Below, in pieces: positions 28,914-39,103 of a stretch of DNA of 45,129 bases; the stretch's first letter is position 1; the number at the start of each line of letters is the position of its first letter. This DNA is from a bacterium. Its GTDB lineage: Bacteria; SZUA-182; DTGQ01. The DNA lies in NCBI GenBank assembly GCA_040752695.1, contig JBFMGO010000037.1, positions 1-45,129 on the forward strand. Direction: 5' to 3'. A program made the translations under genes and the position numbers. The notes below the pieces were generated by a model, which saw only the letters and a program-made list of their open reading frames with translations, had not been told where the DNA came from and ran no database searches.

Positions 28914-29918
28914 ATGGAAAAAATAGGTGTTGGGTTGTATTCGGGAGGACTGGACAGTATCCTGGCTGCAAAGCTGGTTGCAGATCAGGGATTCAACGTG
29001 ATTCTGGCCAAATTTACGAGTCCTTTTTTCGAGGACCGTCAGCCCGATGCCACCGGTATCCTGAACGGCATTTTACCTGCCGGATCGTTCTGCTTGCGTG
29101 AAATTCCCCTGGGGATGGATTTCCTTCGAATGATCCAGTCACCGGAATACGGGTATGGAAAGAATCTTAATCCCTGTCTGGATTGCAAAATTTTTATGGT
29201 CAAAAAGGCAGGGGAGATTCTGAGGGAATGCGAGGGAGCCTTTGTCTTCACAGGGGAGGTGCTGGGCCAGCGCCCGATGTCGCAACGCAGGGATGCATTG
29301 CATGTTATCGGACGGGACTCCGGTCTGGGAAAATACCTTTTGCGCCCCTTATGCGCCCGATTATTGCCGCCGACCGTGGCTGAAGAGAACGGATTGATCA
29401 GGAGGGACAGCCTGCTTGATATTTCCGGCAGATCCAGGAAGAGGCAAATGGAATTGGCCAAAGATTTCGGCATACCCAGCTACCCAACCCCGGCTGGCGG
29501 ATGCCTGCTCACAGACAGCAGCTTTGTCAGACGTTTTAAAGCGGTTCTCATGGAAAAAGATGACCAGGTAATAATGGATAATCTCCCCTTGCTCAAGGTT
29601 GGAAGGCATTTTTTGATCCGGCCTGGAGTGAGGCTTATTGTTGGAAGAAACCAGGCTGAAAATCAGAAAATTTTAGCTCATGTAAAGAAAAGCGGATGGC
29701 TCTTTCGGGTGGTGAATGTACCTGGCCCCGTGTCTTTGGCTCAGGGGAATCTGGAAGAGGCCGACTTTCAGCTTGCTGCTTCCATTACAGCCCGATATAG
29801 TGACGCAAAAAGCAGAGAGCATATTCTGGTAAGCTTTGGGTTGAATGGCAATATCAGCCAGCGTGTCCTGCCGGTCTCCCCGGTTGAGGATCACCTTTTA
29901 GAGCACTACAGAATTTAA
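28914..29918 (+). CDS. ThiI/MnmA-like PP-loop tRNA sulfurtransferase with C-terminal DUF814-type domain
   Basis: SGGLDS, NPCLDCK, TGEVLGQRPMSQ, LLRPL, PTPAGGCLLT, GRHF, IVGRN. Confidence 0.8.
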   Translation: MEKIGVGLYSGGLDSILAAKLVADQGFNVILAKFTSPFFEDRQPDATGILNGILPAGSFCLREIPLGMDFLRMIQSPEYGYGKNLNPCLDCKIFMVKKAGEILRECEGAFVFTGEVLGQRPMSQRRDALHVIGRDSGLGKYLLRPLCARLLPPTVAEENGLIRRDSLLDISGRSRKRQMELAKDFGIPSYPTPAGGCLLTDSSFVRRFKAVLMEKDDQVIMDNLPLLKVGRHFLIRPGVRLIVGRNQAENQKILAHVKKSGWLFRVVNVPGPVSLAQGNLEEADFQLAASITARYSDAKSREHILVSFGLNGNISQRVLPVSPVEDHLLEHYRI

Positions 29919-30026
29919 CGGGGTATTTTGACCAATCGTACTGCTTGATTTTACTTTATGAGATCTCAGAGCACCTGCTAAAATGGCAACTGTTCTGAGG
30001 ATTTTTCGAGCCAGAGGGAAAGATGC

Positions 30027-30305
30027 ATGAAACTGAGAAAACAGCACATAGAGGTCATATCGGCCAGGATTATTGATGAGCTCCGCCAAAAGGGAGCATT
30101 GGAGGTAGAAAACGAGAGCAGGGCCAAGGCATTGGTGAAAAAGGTGATCACTGATGATCTTAGTTTTGAGGACAAGCTCAATGAAGAGGTCAGAGAGTTA
30201 TTGGAAAAAGTCTCTTCCGAGATACGCCAGGGAAGTGTGGAGTATCACAAAATGTTTCGATTGGTAAAGGATAAGTTAATCAAAGAGAGAAACTTGATCC
30301 TGTAA
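30027..30305 (+). CDS. DUF507 family protein
   Basis: Short helical protein, EDKLNEEVRELL...YHKMFRLVKDKLIKERNLIL. Confidence 0.8.
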   Translation: MKLRKQHIEVISARIIDELRQKGALEVENESRAKALVKKVITDDLSFEDKLNEEVRELLEKVSSEIRQGSVEYHKMFRLVKDKLIKERNLIL

Positions 30306-30335
30306 AAATTTTTTTCCAGTATGAGGTGGTAAGCC

Positions 30336-30611
30336 ATGAAATTAAGCAGGGAAAAGATAAACCATATTTCCCATATCATGATGAAAGCATTTATGCAGGA
30401 TGAAGATATTGAAATCTTTAGAGATGAAAACGATATACGACTCGAAATCGTGCGGATTATTACTGAAGAGTTGAAAATAGAAGAGGAACTGGATCAGGAA
30501 GTCCGTAAAAAACTTGAGAGTTACAAACGAAAAATGATTGAAGGCAGCGCAGAATGGGAAATTCTCTACCAGAAGCTCTACGAGGAGGAAGCGAATAAAA
30601 AGAAAAGATAA
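30336..30611 (+). CDS. DUF507 family protein
   Basis: MKLSREKINHISH...EGSAEWEILYQKLYEEE; GAGGT RBS. Confidence 0.85.
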   Translation: MKLSREKINHISHIMMKAFMQDEDIEIFRDENDIRLEIVRIITEELKIEEELDQEVRKKLESYKRKMIEGSAEWEILYQKLYEEEANKKKR

Positions 30612-31362
30612 CTTACCTGGCATATCTGCCCTCATCCGGATGCGAAATACCGGATACGAAATACTGGATGAGGGATACTAAATGCGCTCTACTGGATACG
30701 AGAGCGGTCTTTAAATTGTGTATTCTACGGATATTGAGAATCCCCCCTGCCCCTTTTCCCTTTGCAAAAAGGGGAGTGAGAGGTGCCTTTGAAAAAAGGA
30801 GGGCAGGGGACCTGTAGTTCGATCAAGGAAAAATCGCTTCTCGTCGTTGCCTCACCATTTCCATCCACATCACCATCGGTTCGACCGGCTGCCGGTTTAC
30901 CTGATGGTCCTCCGGCGCTGCAAGGCGCTATTCGCCAACCCACAGGCGATCACACCGACCAATAACAGCGACAGAGTACAGCAGCAATACCATCATCATC
31001 ACAACCACTACCACCATCATCAACGCCACTGATCAGGTCAAATGACCAGGTCAACATTCAAGACAGAAGTAATCATCTGCATTTTATGGACTCAGTACCT
31101 ACGATGAAACCCGCGACTCACACCGATAAAAAGTTTGAGGCTCCGGAGGATGATTTCAGGAAGTTTTCATGGATGCTGAATGAATAAATCATATCAAGCA
31201 ATTACCAGGCTCCATCCGGGAGGTGATTTTGAAAACACACTTCGGAGATTATTGGACGTACTATCAAACTACCCTCATTTGCATGAACCAACCATAAAGA
31301 TTGTTTTAGAAATAGACTATAACAAATTGCACAACCTGTTATAGTAAAAACAAAGAATATTA

Positions 31363-31391
31363 TTGACAAGTAGATGAACAAAGGGTATATA
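31363..31391 (+). promoter_or_regulatory. sigma-70 promoter for the secreted-protein cluster
   Basis: TTGACA-N17-TATATA. Confidence 0.6.
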
Positions 31392-31532
31392 TGTAAAATT
31401 CGATAACCATAGCTCAATCAGTAATAAGGAGGGGGGGAGTTAGTTTAAAATAGTGTCCGAAAGAACATAAGAGCGCGAGAGGCAAGTTTCTTTCTAGTCA
31501 ACACAAACCATATCATACGAAAGGAGAGGGAT

Positions 31533-32165
31533 ATGAGAAAAAGAAGGGAAAGAGCAGGTATTATCTTGATGGGGGCCGCCTTATGTATCGCGTTGCTGTT
31601 CTCAATTGCAGAGGCAGCCATGAGGCCGGTTTCAGTCAAAGTGACAGTAAACGGGAAATTGCAGTTGATTCCCCTTCAAGGGAATGAGGCGGTTTATGAA
31701 AACGGGGAGACGGAGATTCTGCTTGCTCCTCAGACAATTCTGAAATCTTTGACTGGAACAAGCTCCGTTAAGATTGGGATTGTTCAACTTCTTCTCGATA
31801 AGGATGACAGCATGGCCCTGGTCTATGGGTCTGGAGATGAACCTGCATTCAAGTGCATAGGCGGATCGATCGAGGCAATCTGCGGTGACACGAACCGCAA
31901 GTTTGTAGAGGGTGATGTTGTGGCCTTAAATTCCCTGTCCGGGGGAGGCGAAGCTCAAAAGGTGGCAAATAGCAGGGCAAGGGTTGCAGAAAGAGTAAAA
32001 GGTCTTGACCTGTATTATGGGCCGGTCCAGATCGGCCAGACAGGGAATGCTCCTGGTAACATTCTGCCGTATCAGGGAGGGCCGTATAATCCAAGATTGC
32101 CGTGGCTGACAGGATATGGGGAACAGAATACCTGGACATGGACAAGTGCAAGCCCTTACTGGTGA
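31533..32165 (+). CDS. Secreted hypothetical protein (beta-rich, possibly FecR-like)
   Basis: AAGGAGAGGG RBS, signal peptide ...IAEA|A, beta-strand pattern, Gly/Pro/aromatic tail ending ASPYW. The FecR resemblance is weak. Confidence 0.75.
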   Translation: MRKRRERAGIILMGAALCIALLFSIAEAAMRPVSVKVTVNGKLQLIPLQGNEAVYENGETEILLAPQTILKSLTGTSSVKIGIVQLLLDKDDSMALVYGSGDEPAFKCIGGSIEAICGDTNRKFVEGDVVALNSLSGGGEAQKVANSRARVAERVKGLDLYYGPVQIGQTGNAPGNILPYQGGPYNPRLPWLTGYGEQNTWTWTSASPYW

Positions 32166-32191
32166 TCCTTGCCGGTGAGGAAGAAGAAGCC

Positions 32192-32341
32192 GTGTATTTA
32201 CACACCCTGAAGCTTTTATTATTATCCATTCTTGTTTTTTCCCTCTTTGTTTCAGCTTCTCATGAAAAGAGTGGCGGAAATCTTTTCAACCGCGAGGTTA
32301 AATTTACCACAAGGCCAGTCGAAAAATCGAGTGAGGCGTAA
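32192..32341 (+). CDS. Possible 49-aa exported peptide
   Basis: GTG after gaggaagaagaag; YLHTLKLLLLSILVFSLFVSA|SHEK... is signal-peptide-like. Confidence 0.3.
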   Translation: MYLHTLKLLLLSILVFSLFVSASHEKSGGNLFNREVKFTTRPVEKSSEA

Positions 32342-32668
32342 CTGTGAAACCCATACTTTTGGGTTGACGTGAAGAAAAATCGTTTACTCACTATTCATTC
32401 CTGGAAGGTAACGTGGCTTCACGACGTTTGCTTTTAAAAGATCTGAACTTCAATTAAGCTTCTTGGTAAGGAACGATCGAGTCAGAAATTTCCTTCGAGC
32501 ACATTTCGGGTAGCATGTGGAGTCAAGCTAAAATATCCAGGATTGACTTTTATAATGAGCATCAGTTTTAAATGAGCATCGGATGTCAATGGTATTTATT
32601 GTTATCACTGTCATCTATGACTGCTATCTATAAACACAAAATGTAAATTGCGAGAGGAGGAAGAATAA

Positions 32669-34234
32669 GTGGAAAGTAGATGGCTTAGAGCATTTTTATT
32701 GCTGGTTGCTATTCCTGTTCTTTTAGGAATCACACCGAAATCCTCGTCTGCCGTTGAGCCGGATACTATTGCCGATGTAGCAGCACATAATGGCGGCAAA
32801 GGTGCATCTTTGATTGCCACGCAGAGTATAGGCAATAACGGTACAGGCATCAGCCGGGCGAAAATACTGTACAGTATCGACATCACAAAGGGCACAAAGA
32901 ACAATACCGCGGGGGATATAGCCACGATAGTAAACACCGTAGCCGGCAGAATGGCGGAAATCCAGAGAGCCGACGATGACGGATGGACAAGGGACCTTGA
33001 CGGAAGTGGCGGGCTTTTACCGAACACCTATGGCCTTGTCGGCATGGGGCTTCTCATGGCTCACAAGATGAATGTCAAACTCGTGGGATCAACGATACAG
33101 CCAGCATCGGTGGTTCAGGACGAGTTCCTCGGTGCTGCCCTGAAAGCAGGGGATGCGCTGATTGAGAAAGCTCAGACGGATCCTAATACCCTGGTATCAA
33201 CTGACGTTACTTTCCTGTACGGACTGTCCCGTGTGTATGGGGGAAGCAATTATATGGAAACCTGCTACCATAGTGCTGGTTATGTTGGTCTCCATGCGTT
33301 TGTTGAGCACCATGACCCGAATGATGTCTGTAAAATTTACGATACTGTTCCTGCCGATGCCAGTACAGAACTCAAGCAGCTTAAACTCTGGCAAATGGCC
33401 AGTTGGGTGGAAGCCGCTAAACTGTATGCCGGCAGTGGCGTTGATGTCGATACCACGCTGAGTACATGGGCCGATTCGTTGATGGCGAAAATTTGTAATT
33501 TCCAGGACAGCGCCGGCGGGTTTTACTATGCGCAGTCCAGTGGAAAGAACCTCGTGCGAACCGCTGGACAGGCCAAGGTCGTAGAGGTGCTTAAGCGATT
33601 CTATGCTCAAAACAATACCTATAAGAGCAAGCTTAAGAATGGATTGGCTTATTTAAAGGGCCTGCAATATGGGGGGACAGACAGCACGAGAAGAGGCTCA
33701 TTCTATTGGGGTGGTGAGACTGTAGGTACAAATCTGGTCACCTGGAACAAGGTTGCTCTGGAGGATCAGTGTTACGCAGTCCAGGCCATGGCTCATAACT
33801 TTCAGACCAGATGGAATAAGCTCGATAATTACAAAGGTACCCACTGGGGCGCCAACTACCTGATCAAGTCAATGATGTATGGCCCTCAAGGAGGCTACGA
33901 GTTCTTCGTGGATCATAAGGATTTCGATCCTGCCAGCACCGATGTTTATGTACCACGAGTTGACCGCAACAGCGAGGCGATCCAGGCTCTGTATTATAGC
34001 TGCAAGCAGGGTAACATAACCAGATCCGGGAATAACACGGCTCATAATGCCCTGCAGGTTGTCAATGCCATCATCGGCCGCAGAAAACCACTGGGCACTC
34101 AGCAGATGAACGGCCCTGAGATCGTTGCAGCAGACCGCAACAATGATGGAAAAATCAATGATGCCGATGTATCGATCCTGATAAAGGATTCTATTGGCGA
34201 TCACGAGCCGATTCGCAGCTTTTTGGGCTTATAG
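32669..34234 (+). CDS. Secreted alpha/alpha-toroid protein with C-terminal dockerin domain
   Basis: GAGGAGG RBS, signal peptide; Q..(D)GG(W/F)-like repeats (IQRADDDGW, FQDSAGGF, LQYGG...GSF); C-terminus GNITRSGNNTAHNAL...IIG...AADRNNDGKINDADVSILIK matches the duplicated dockerin pattern. Confidence 0.8.
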   Translation: MESRWLRAFLLLVAIPVLLGITPKSSSAVEPDTIADVAAHNGGKGASLIATQSIGNNGTGISRAKILYSIDITKGTKNNTAGDIATIVNTVAGRMAEIQRADDDGWTRDLDGSGGLLPNTYGLVGMGLLMAHKMNVKLVGSTIQPASVVQDEFLGAALKAGDALIEKAQTDPNTLVSTDVTFLYGLSRVYGGSNYMETCYHSAGYVGLHAFVEHHDPNDVCKIYDTVPADASTELKQLKLWQMASWVEAAKLYAGSGVDVDTTLSTWADSLMAKICNFQDSAGGFYYAQSSGKNLVRTAGQAKVVEVLKRFYAQNNTYKSKLKNGLAYLKGLQYGGTDSTRRGSFYWGGETVGTNLVTWNKVALEDQCYAVQAMAHNFQTRWNKLDNYKGTHWGANYLIKSMMYGPQGGYEFFVDHKDFDPASTDVYVPRVDRNSEAIQALYYSCKQGNITRSGNNTAHNALQVVNAIIGRRKPLGTQQMNGPEIVAADRNNDGKINDADVSILIKDSIGDHEPIRSFLGL

Positions 34235-34328
34235 TTCAAGCATTGTGCAAGGCAGTTTAAGGACCTGATCTTTGTAACAGTAGATACCTATGAATATTAT
34301 CGTGAAATTGAGAGAGGAGGATTTAGCC

Positions 34329-36413
34329 TTGGCTAAATTAAGATTTTGGTTGATACCAGCCATTATTTTAGGTTTCGTATTATGCTTGGGTTACAGCCCC
34401 GGACGGGCAGCGACAACCTATGGTCTGCTCACCGAACAAAATATTTCCGCAACACCGGACGCCACAAAAGTACAGGTTCCCCTGATGCTTTTTCCTACTA
34501 CCGGGTTGCAGCATTTTACCTTAAGGGCGGTCTATGACCCGAATATATTGACATTGCCCACAGATCCAAATGCGCTGAAGCAGAGCATCGACGGTCTCGC
34601 TTCGTTGGAGAAGGACTTGTTTATCAAGGCATATCAGCCGAATGAGCGGATCGATGGAGGGCAGACTAACGAAGTTATGATCAGCGGCTGTATCAGAAGT
34701 AATACCCTTGGCAACGCTCTGAGGGCATGGCCTGTACAAGACAGAGCCAAATTTCTAGTTCTTAATTTTGGCCTTACTGATAATGTGGCTGCTGGTAGCA
34801 GTACCAATGTAAAAATTTCAGGATTTGCCGGTAGAGACGATGTCCAGGAATTGATCCCTGCTGAAGCCAAAGCGACTATATCCTTTCAGGAGGACCTGTG
34901 TCCAGTACCGGTTACTGTTATAGGTATTCCAACAGGTACTTCTTATAGCGTCAGACTTTGGGGATCTGGCGTGGAATACAAGAAAGACTCGACAGAGCTT
35001 CCACTCCCGGCGGTGAAATCGAATGCCAGCTATTGGGTGGCGGCTGAGAGTCTCGGCTACAAAGGAGCTATCAAGAAGATACGCATAGGTGCGGACGAGA
35101 AGATTTATGTCGATACGAACACAGTACCCTCTGATTCGGTAGCCCTGACCCTGGAAATGATTAAAGGGCGAATTGCCTTCGTACGGAAAATCGATCTGAG
35201 CAATAAGATGCTGCAACTTAATTTTGCATATAAAAATTATTTGGGTGTAATACACGACTGGCCCGAAAATGTCGATTTGAAACTGGAATTCACCAAACAG
35301 GGTGGCAGTTCCACCATCATCACTGTTGATCCCAATAACCCTGGTGCTACTGCCGGTGATTTTGCAGTACTCCCGAGACTGGAGGAATCCGGGTCCATAT
35401 TTACCGCTAAATATATCTCGATGACGATCGATCCCAGCAAGTATTGCTTATCGAGTGAGGAGAAGGAAGGTAATATGAAAAGGTACAGCCTTTCCATGAA
35501 AATCTCCTCAACAAGTTCCAGCATCGATGCATCACCGAGTAACACGATCGAAGTAGATATCCCTGAAACCATTGTCAAGACGAAGATGAGCATAGCCCAG
35601 GCTGCTACTACCTTTACGGGAGTAACGGAAATTAAATCAGTCGGCGAAATGATCATTAAGGCGAATTTCTATCTCGAGGAAAATGAAGCCGCGAAGGAAA
35701 TTGAAACCACTTTCTCGGCAGCGGAAATGAACGTTGCTTATCTAACGTCGGACGATACGGCGGAAGATATCGATCCGGTCCAAATGGACCAGAAAAAGTT
35801 CAACCTGGTAGTCGAGATCAAACCCTGCGAGGATACTCCCGAGATTGAGGAAGCTTCCGACATCACCATAGTCAGTATCAACTTTACCGATGAGCAGGGG
35901 AACGTCTTTGAATACGATCCCCCTGAAAATGTAAGGGATTCGGTTGGTCCACTGGTAATCGATATACCTTTGCACAAAGCCCTCCAAAGGGCCTATGGAA
36001 GCGGGATTACGTCGGCGTCCGATCCCAATACCATCCATGCCCTTTGTCAGGAAATTCAGGATTACCGGCTGATAACTCAAAGCTCCCAGGATAGTAAATC
36101 GCCTGACTACGAAGAGCCCGATCCCAATGCTCCTTCCCGCTATGGGATTTATTTCCAGCGCAAGGGAAAGAACCCGAAGATATTTATTCCCAATAAGACC
36201 GAATATGGTGAAGATATAAGCGTTTTTTACCGTAACGGACTATTCTTTGCCAAAGTCACAACCAAGCATTCATGTCTGTATTATGCAGCGACCCCGGAAG
36301 AGGCGGCAAGCATGGCTGTGGAAACACCGCCTGCTCCTTCTTCCGATAAAGAGGGTGACCATTGGTACGAGTGCTTCATCGAGTCTCTTCGTCCGAGGTT
36401 TCTGTTTAAATAG
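34329..36413 (+). CDS. Secreted multidomain protein with N-terminal cohesin-like domain and C-terminal CFI motif
   Basis: GAGGAGG RBS before TTG 34329; signal peptide; ISATP....VQVPL...F.L...YDPNIL...FLVLNF.L..NVAAGSST.VKIS cohesin pattern; Pro/Ser linker then ECFIESL at the C-terminus. Confidence 0.75.
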   Translation: MAKLRFWLIPAIILGFVLCLGYSPGRAATTYGLLTEQNISATPDATKVQVPLMLFPTTGLQHFTLRAVYDPNILTLPTDPNALKQSIDGLASLEKDLFIKAYQPNERIDGGQTNEVMISGCIRSNTLGNALRAWPVQDRAKFLVLNFGLTDNVAAGSSTNVKISGFAGRDDVQELIPAEAKATISFQEDLCPVPVTVIGIPTGTSYSVRLWGSGVEYKKDSTELPLPAVKSNASYWVAAESLGYKGAIKKIRIGADEKIYVDTNTVPSDSVALTLEMIKGRIAFVRKIDLSNKMLQLNFAYKNYLGVIHDWPENVDLKLEFTKQGGSSTIITVDPNNPGATAGDFAVLPRLEESGSIFTAKYISMTIDPSKYCLSSEEKEGNMKRYSLSMKISSTSSSIDASPSNTIEVDIPETIVKTKMSIAQAATTFTGVTEIKSVGEMIIKANFYLEENEAAKEIETTFSAAEMNVAYLTSDDTAEDIDPVQMDQKKFNLVVEIKPCEDTPEIEEASDITIVSINFTDEQGNVFEYDPPENVRDSVGPLVIDIPLHKALQRAYGSGITSASDPNTIHALCQEIQDYRLITQSSQDSKSPDYEEPDPNAPSRYGIYFQRKGKNPKIFIPNKTEYGEDISVFYRNGLFFAKVTTKHSCLYYAATPEEAASMAVETPPAPSSDKEGDHWYECFIESLRPRFLFK

Positions 36414-36453
36414 CCTCATTGTGGCAAAGTGACTGAAAAACATGCAATCAAAG

Positions 36454-36486
36454 GAGGCGAAAGCTTGGCTTTCGCCTCTTTTTTTT
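36454..36486 (+). terminator. Rho-independent terminator
   Basis: gaggcgaaagc-ttg-gctttcgcctc followed by a T run. Confidence 0.85.
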
Positions 36487-36579
36487 ATGCTTTTGGCAAA
36501 GGTGCGTGAAAAGGAACCGAAAAGGTGCTATCATAGGGGGGTTGAATATCAATAACCATTCAAAAACAAAAACGCAAAG

Positions 36580-37173
36580 GTGAAAAGCATGTTGAGAGAT
36601 TTGATAGTCAAAAGCCGCAGCATAAGACGGTTTGATCAAAGCTTCCCCCTGGATCGAAAGGGTCTTGAGGAATTGGTGGATCTGGCCAGGCTGTCTCCCT
36701 CGGCAGCCAATTTACAGCCTCTGAAATTTTTCCTCTCCTTTGAGCCTGAAAAGAACAACCAAATATTTCCCCATTTGGCCTGGGCAGGCTATCTGAAAGA
36801 CTGGCCCGGTCCGGCAGAAGGCGAGCGCCCCAGTGCTTATATCATAGTGCTGGGAGATACCGCCATAACCGCCACCTTTGGGATAGATCCCGGCATCGCT
36901 GGACAGAGCATCCTTTTAGGGGCTGCGGAAAAAGGGTGGGGAGGATGCATGATAGGGGCCATCCAGCGGGAGGAACTGCATAAGGCGCTCTGTCTCCCTG
37001 AGAGGTACGAGATTTTGCTGGTTCTGGCCATCGGGAAACCGGCCGAGCAGGTGTGCCTCGAAGAGGTTACCGCAGGAGGAGACATACGATACTGGCGGGA
37101 TAGCCGGGGTGTACATCACGTACCGAAAAGATCGCTGAAGGATATTCTCTATGAGGAAATCACAGAAAGATAA
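36580..37173 (+). CDS. Nitroreductase family protein
   Basis: SRSIRRF, SPSAANLQPL, WAGYLKDWPGP, HHVPKRSL. Confidence 0.92.
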   Translation: MKSMLRDLIVKSRSIRRFDQSFPLDRKGLEELVDLARLSPSAANLQPLKFFLSFEPEKNNQIFPHLAWAGYLKDWPGPAEGERPSAYIIVLGDTAITATFGIDPGIAGQSILLGAAEKGWGGCMIGAIQREELHKALCLPERYEILLVLAIGKPAEQVCLEEVTAGGDIRYWRDSRGVHHVPKRSLKDILYEEITER

Positions 37174-37232
37174 ACTCTCAACGAAGAAGTCATGAAAAAC
37201 CGAATTCTCACTGCTTAAAGGGAACCGATACT

Positions 37233-38264
37233 ATGAAGAGCGGTTTAAACCAGGAAAAAGAGGCAGGGATTGAATCTGCCATTAAGGCTGCGTCCTTGTG
37301 CCGGAAGGTGCAAAGGGAAATGGTTGGTCTTAAGAAGGAAGGGGCATTGGAAAAAAGTGACCGCAGCCCGGTTACCGTGGCTGATTATGGAGCTCAGGCC
37401 ATCATCTGTCACGCTTTGAAGGAGGCATTTCCTGATGTAACTATCGTGGCTGAAGAAAATTCTTCCCTTCTGAGACTCCCTGAAAATCGTCATTTATTAG
37501 ACCGTACTACTTCCTTTGTGGAGCAGATCCTGGAAGAAGAGGTCGGCAGACAACAGGTATGCGACTGGATCGATCTAGGATGCGGTCAGCCGGGCCACCG
37601 TTTTTGGACCCTCGATCCGATTGACGGTACCAAGGGTTTTTTACGGGGAGATCAATATGCCGTGGCTCTGGCATTCGTCGTTGACAGGAAAGTGCAGTTT
37701 GGCATATTGGCCTGCCCGAACCTTTCTTTCCGCTTGCCTTCGGATCGCGCCATGGACAAAAAAAAAGGAGACAGCTCCGGGTCATCAGGAAGCCTTTACG
37801 TGGGGGAGGCAGGGGAGGGGGCATACATGATGAGCCTGGACCGCAGGCAGGTCACGCCCCTTCATGTCAGTGCCACTGACGATCCTGCCCGGGCCCGCTT
37901 CATCGAAAGCTTTGAGCCCAGCCACGCTGACCTTGCCGCTCAGCAGAAGATCGCTCAAAGCCTCAGGAACGGCTTATCGTCCATACGGATGGATAGCCAG
38001 ACCAAATACGGTATGCTGGCCAGGGGGGCGGCGGATGTCTATCTGCGCCTGCCTTCACCCGAAACTCCGGACTATCGCGAGAAGATCTGGGACCATGCAG
38101 CGGGCTCCCTCATCGTCGAGGAGGCTGGAGGCGTAGTGACAGACATCCATGGCACTGCTCTCGATTTCGGGCTCGGTAAAAAACTGTCCGCCAACCAGGG
38201 CATTGTGGCCACCAATGGCAAGATACACAGCGCGGTTATCGAAGCCATCCAGGCTAGTTATTGA
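37233..38264 (+). CDS. 3'(2'),5'-bisphosphate nucleotidase, HAL2/SAL1 type
   Basis: KSDRSPVTVADYGAQA, WTLDPIDGTKGFLRGDQYAVALA, MDSQTKY, YREKIWDHAAG. Confidence 0.92.
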   Translation: MKSGLNQEKEAGIESAIKAASLCRKVQREMVGLKKEGALEKSDRSPVTVADYGAQAIICHALKEAFPDVTIVAEENSSLLRLPENRHLLDRTTSFVEQILEEEVGRQQVCDWIDLGCGQPGHRFWTLDPIDGTKGFLRGDQYAVALAFVVDRKVQFGILACPNLSFRLPSDRAMDKKKGDSSGSSGSLYVGEAGEGAYMMSLDRRQVTPLHVSATDDPARARFIESFEPSHADLAAQQKIAQSLRNGLSSIRMDSQTKYGMLARGAADVYLRLPSPETPDYREKIWDHAAGSLIVEEAGGVVTDIHGTALDFGLGKKLSANQGIVATNGKIHSAVIEAIQASY

Positions 38265-38389
38265 AGCTATCCAGAAAGCCGGAAAAAGAAAACGAAGGGC
38301 CGATCGGGGAGGAGGAGTAAAAAAAGAGGGGGCTGATGACGCAAAAGGATCAAAAAGGGTCGAAGAGGAGTGCAAAAAAGAAGATTCCC

Positions 38390-39049
38390 TTAAAGGGTTC
38401 TGAGAAAGACCCTGGCCGGAGCGCCGTCCCCTTTAACGATTTTCAAGGGTGCGCAGAAAAGCTCATAGATGCCCGGCGGTACGCTTTTTAGAACTATCCC
38501 TTCTACCACGACAACCCCATGGGACAGTAAAAACCGGTGCAGGCAATAGTCTTTGGTATCGAAAGATTCAATGGACAGGCAGTCGATGCCGATCAGAACG
38601 ACGCCTTTTTGCGTCAGCCACTCCGCCGACTCCATGGCCAGCGAGACATAGTCCTGATGAAATTTTTGATTGCCGGAGATGTTTTGATCGTTATACCGAT
38701 ATGAATTGCCGGTCTTAAAAAGCACGCGGGGGATATGGGGACAAAACCCTGCTGCCTGGATCGCTTCTGGCCGAATCAGACTTTCAGGGCAGGAGGAGGT
38801 AAGGTCCAATACCTGCGCAGGCCCGATGAGCTTTTCAGGCAGGATCCGATCGACCCCCGCCGCTTCTTCCTCAGCCAGAACGTGCCGTGGAGCATCAATG
38901 TGGGTGCCTGAGTGGGTTCCAACCTTCAGTACGGATATATTCGTGGGTTCCCCTGCACAGGTGGCTGAAAGCGGGGTAATTTCAACAGCAGGATCTCCCG
39001 GCCAGACCATCTGCCCGGGAAAAAGGGGCATGGTAAGATCATAGAACAT
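38390..39049 (-). CDS. Cyclase family protein (kynurenine formamidase-like)
   Basis: HSGTHIDAPRH, GIDCLSIE, GDGAPARV. Confidence 0.9.
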   Translation of the reverse strand: MFYDLTMPLFPGQMVWPGDPAVEITPLSATCAGEPTNISVLKVGTHSGTHIDAPRHVLAEEEAAGVDRILPEKLIGPAQVLDLTSSCPESLIRPEAIQAAGFCPHIPRVLFKTGNSYRYNDQNISGNQKFHQDYVSLAMESAEWLTQKGVVLIGIDCLSIESFDTKDYCLHRFLLSHGVVVVEGIVLKSVPPGIYELFCAPLKIVKGDGAPARVFLRTL

Positions 39050-39103
39050 GGCCTTCTCCTTCTTCGACCTGGTCCTCTTTCGAGCCTTCCGTAAGCTTTC
39101 GCG

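Noticed and set aside
30725..31250. His-rich or other small ORFs between DUF507 and the secreted cluster
   Set aside because: Derived from cac/cat microsatellite-like repeats and REP-like palindromes; no RBS support.
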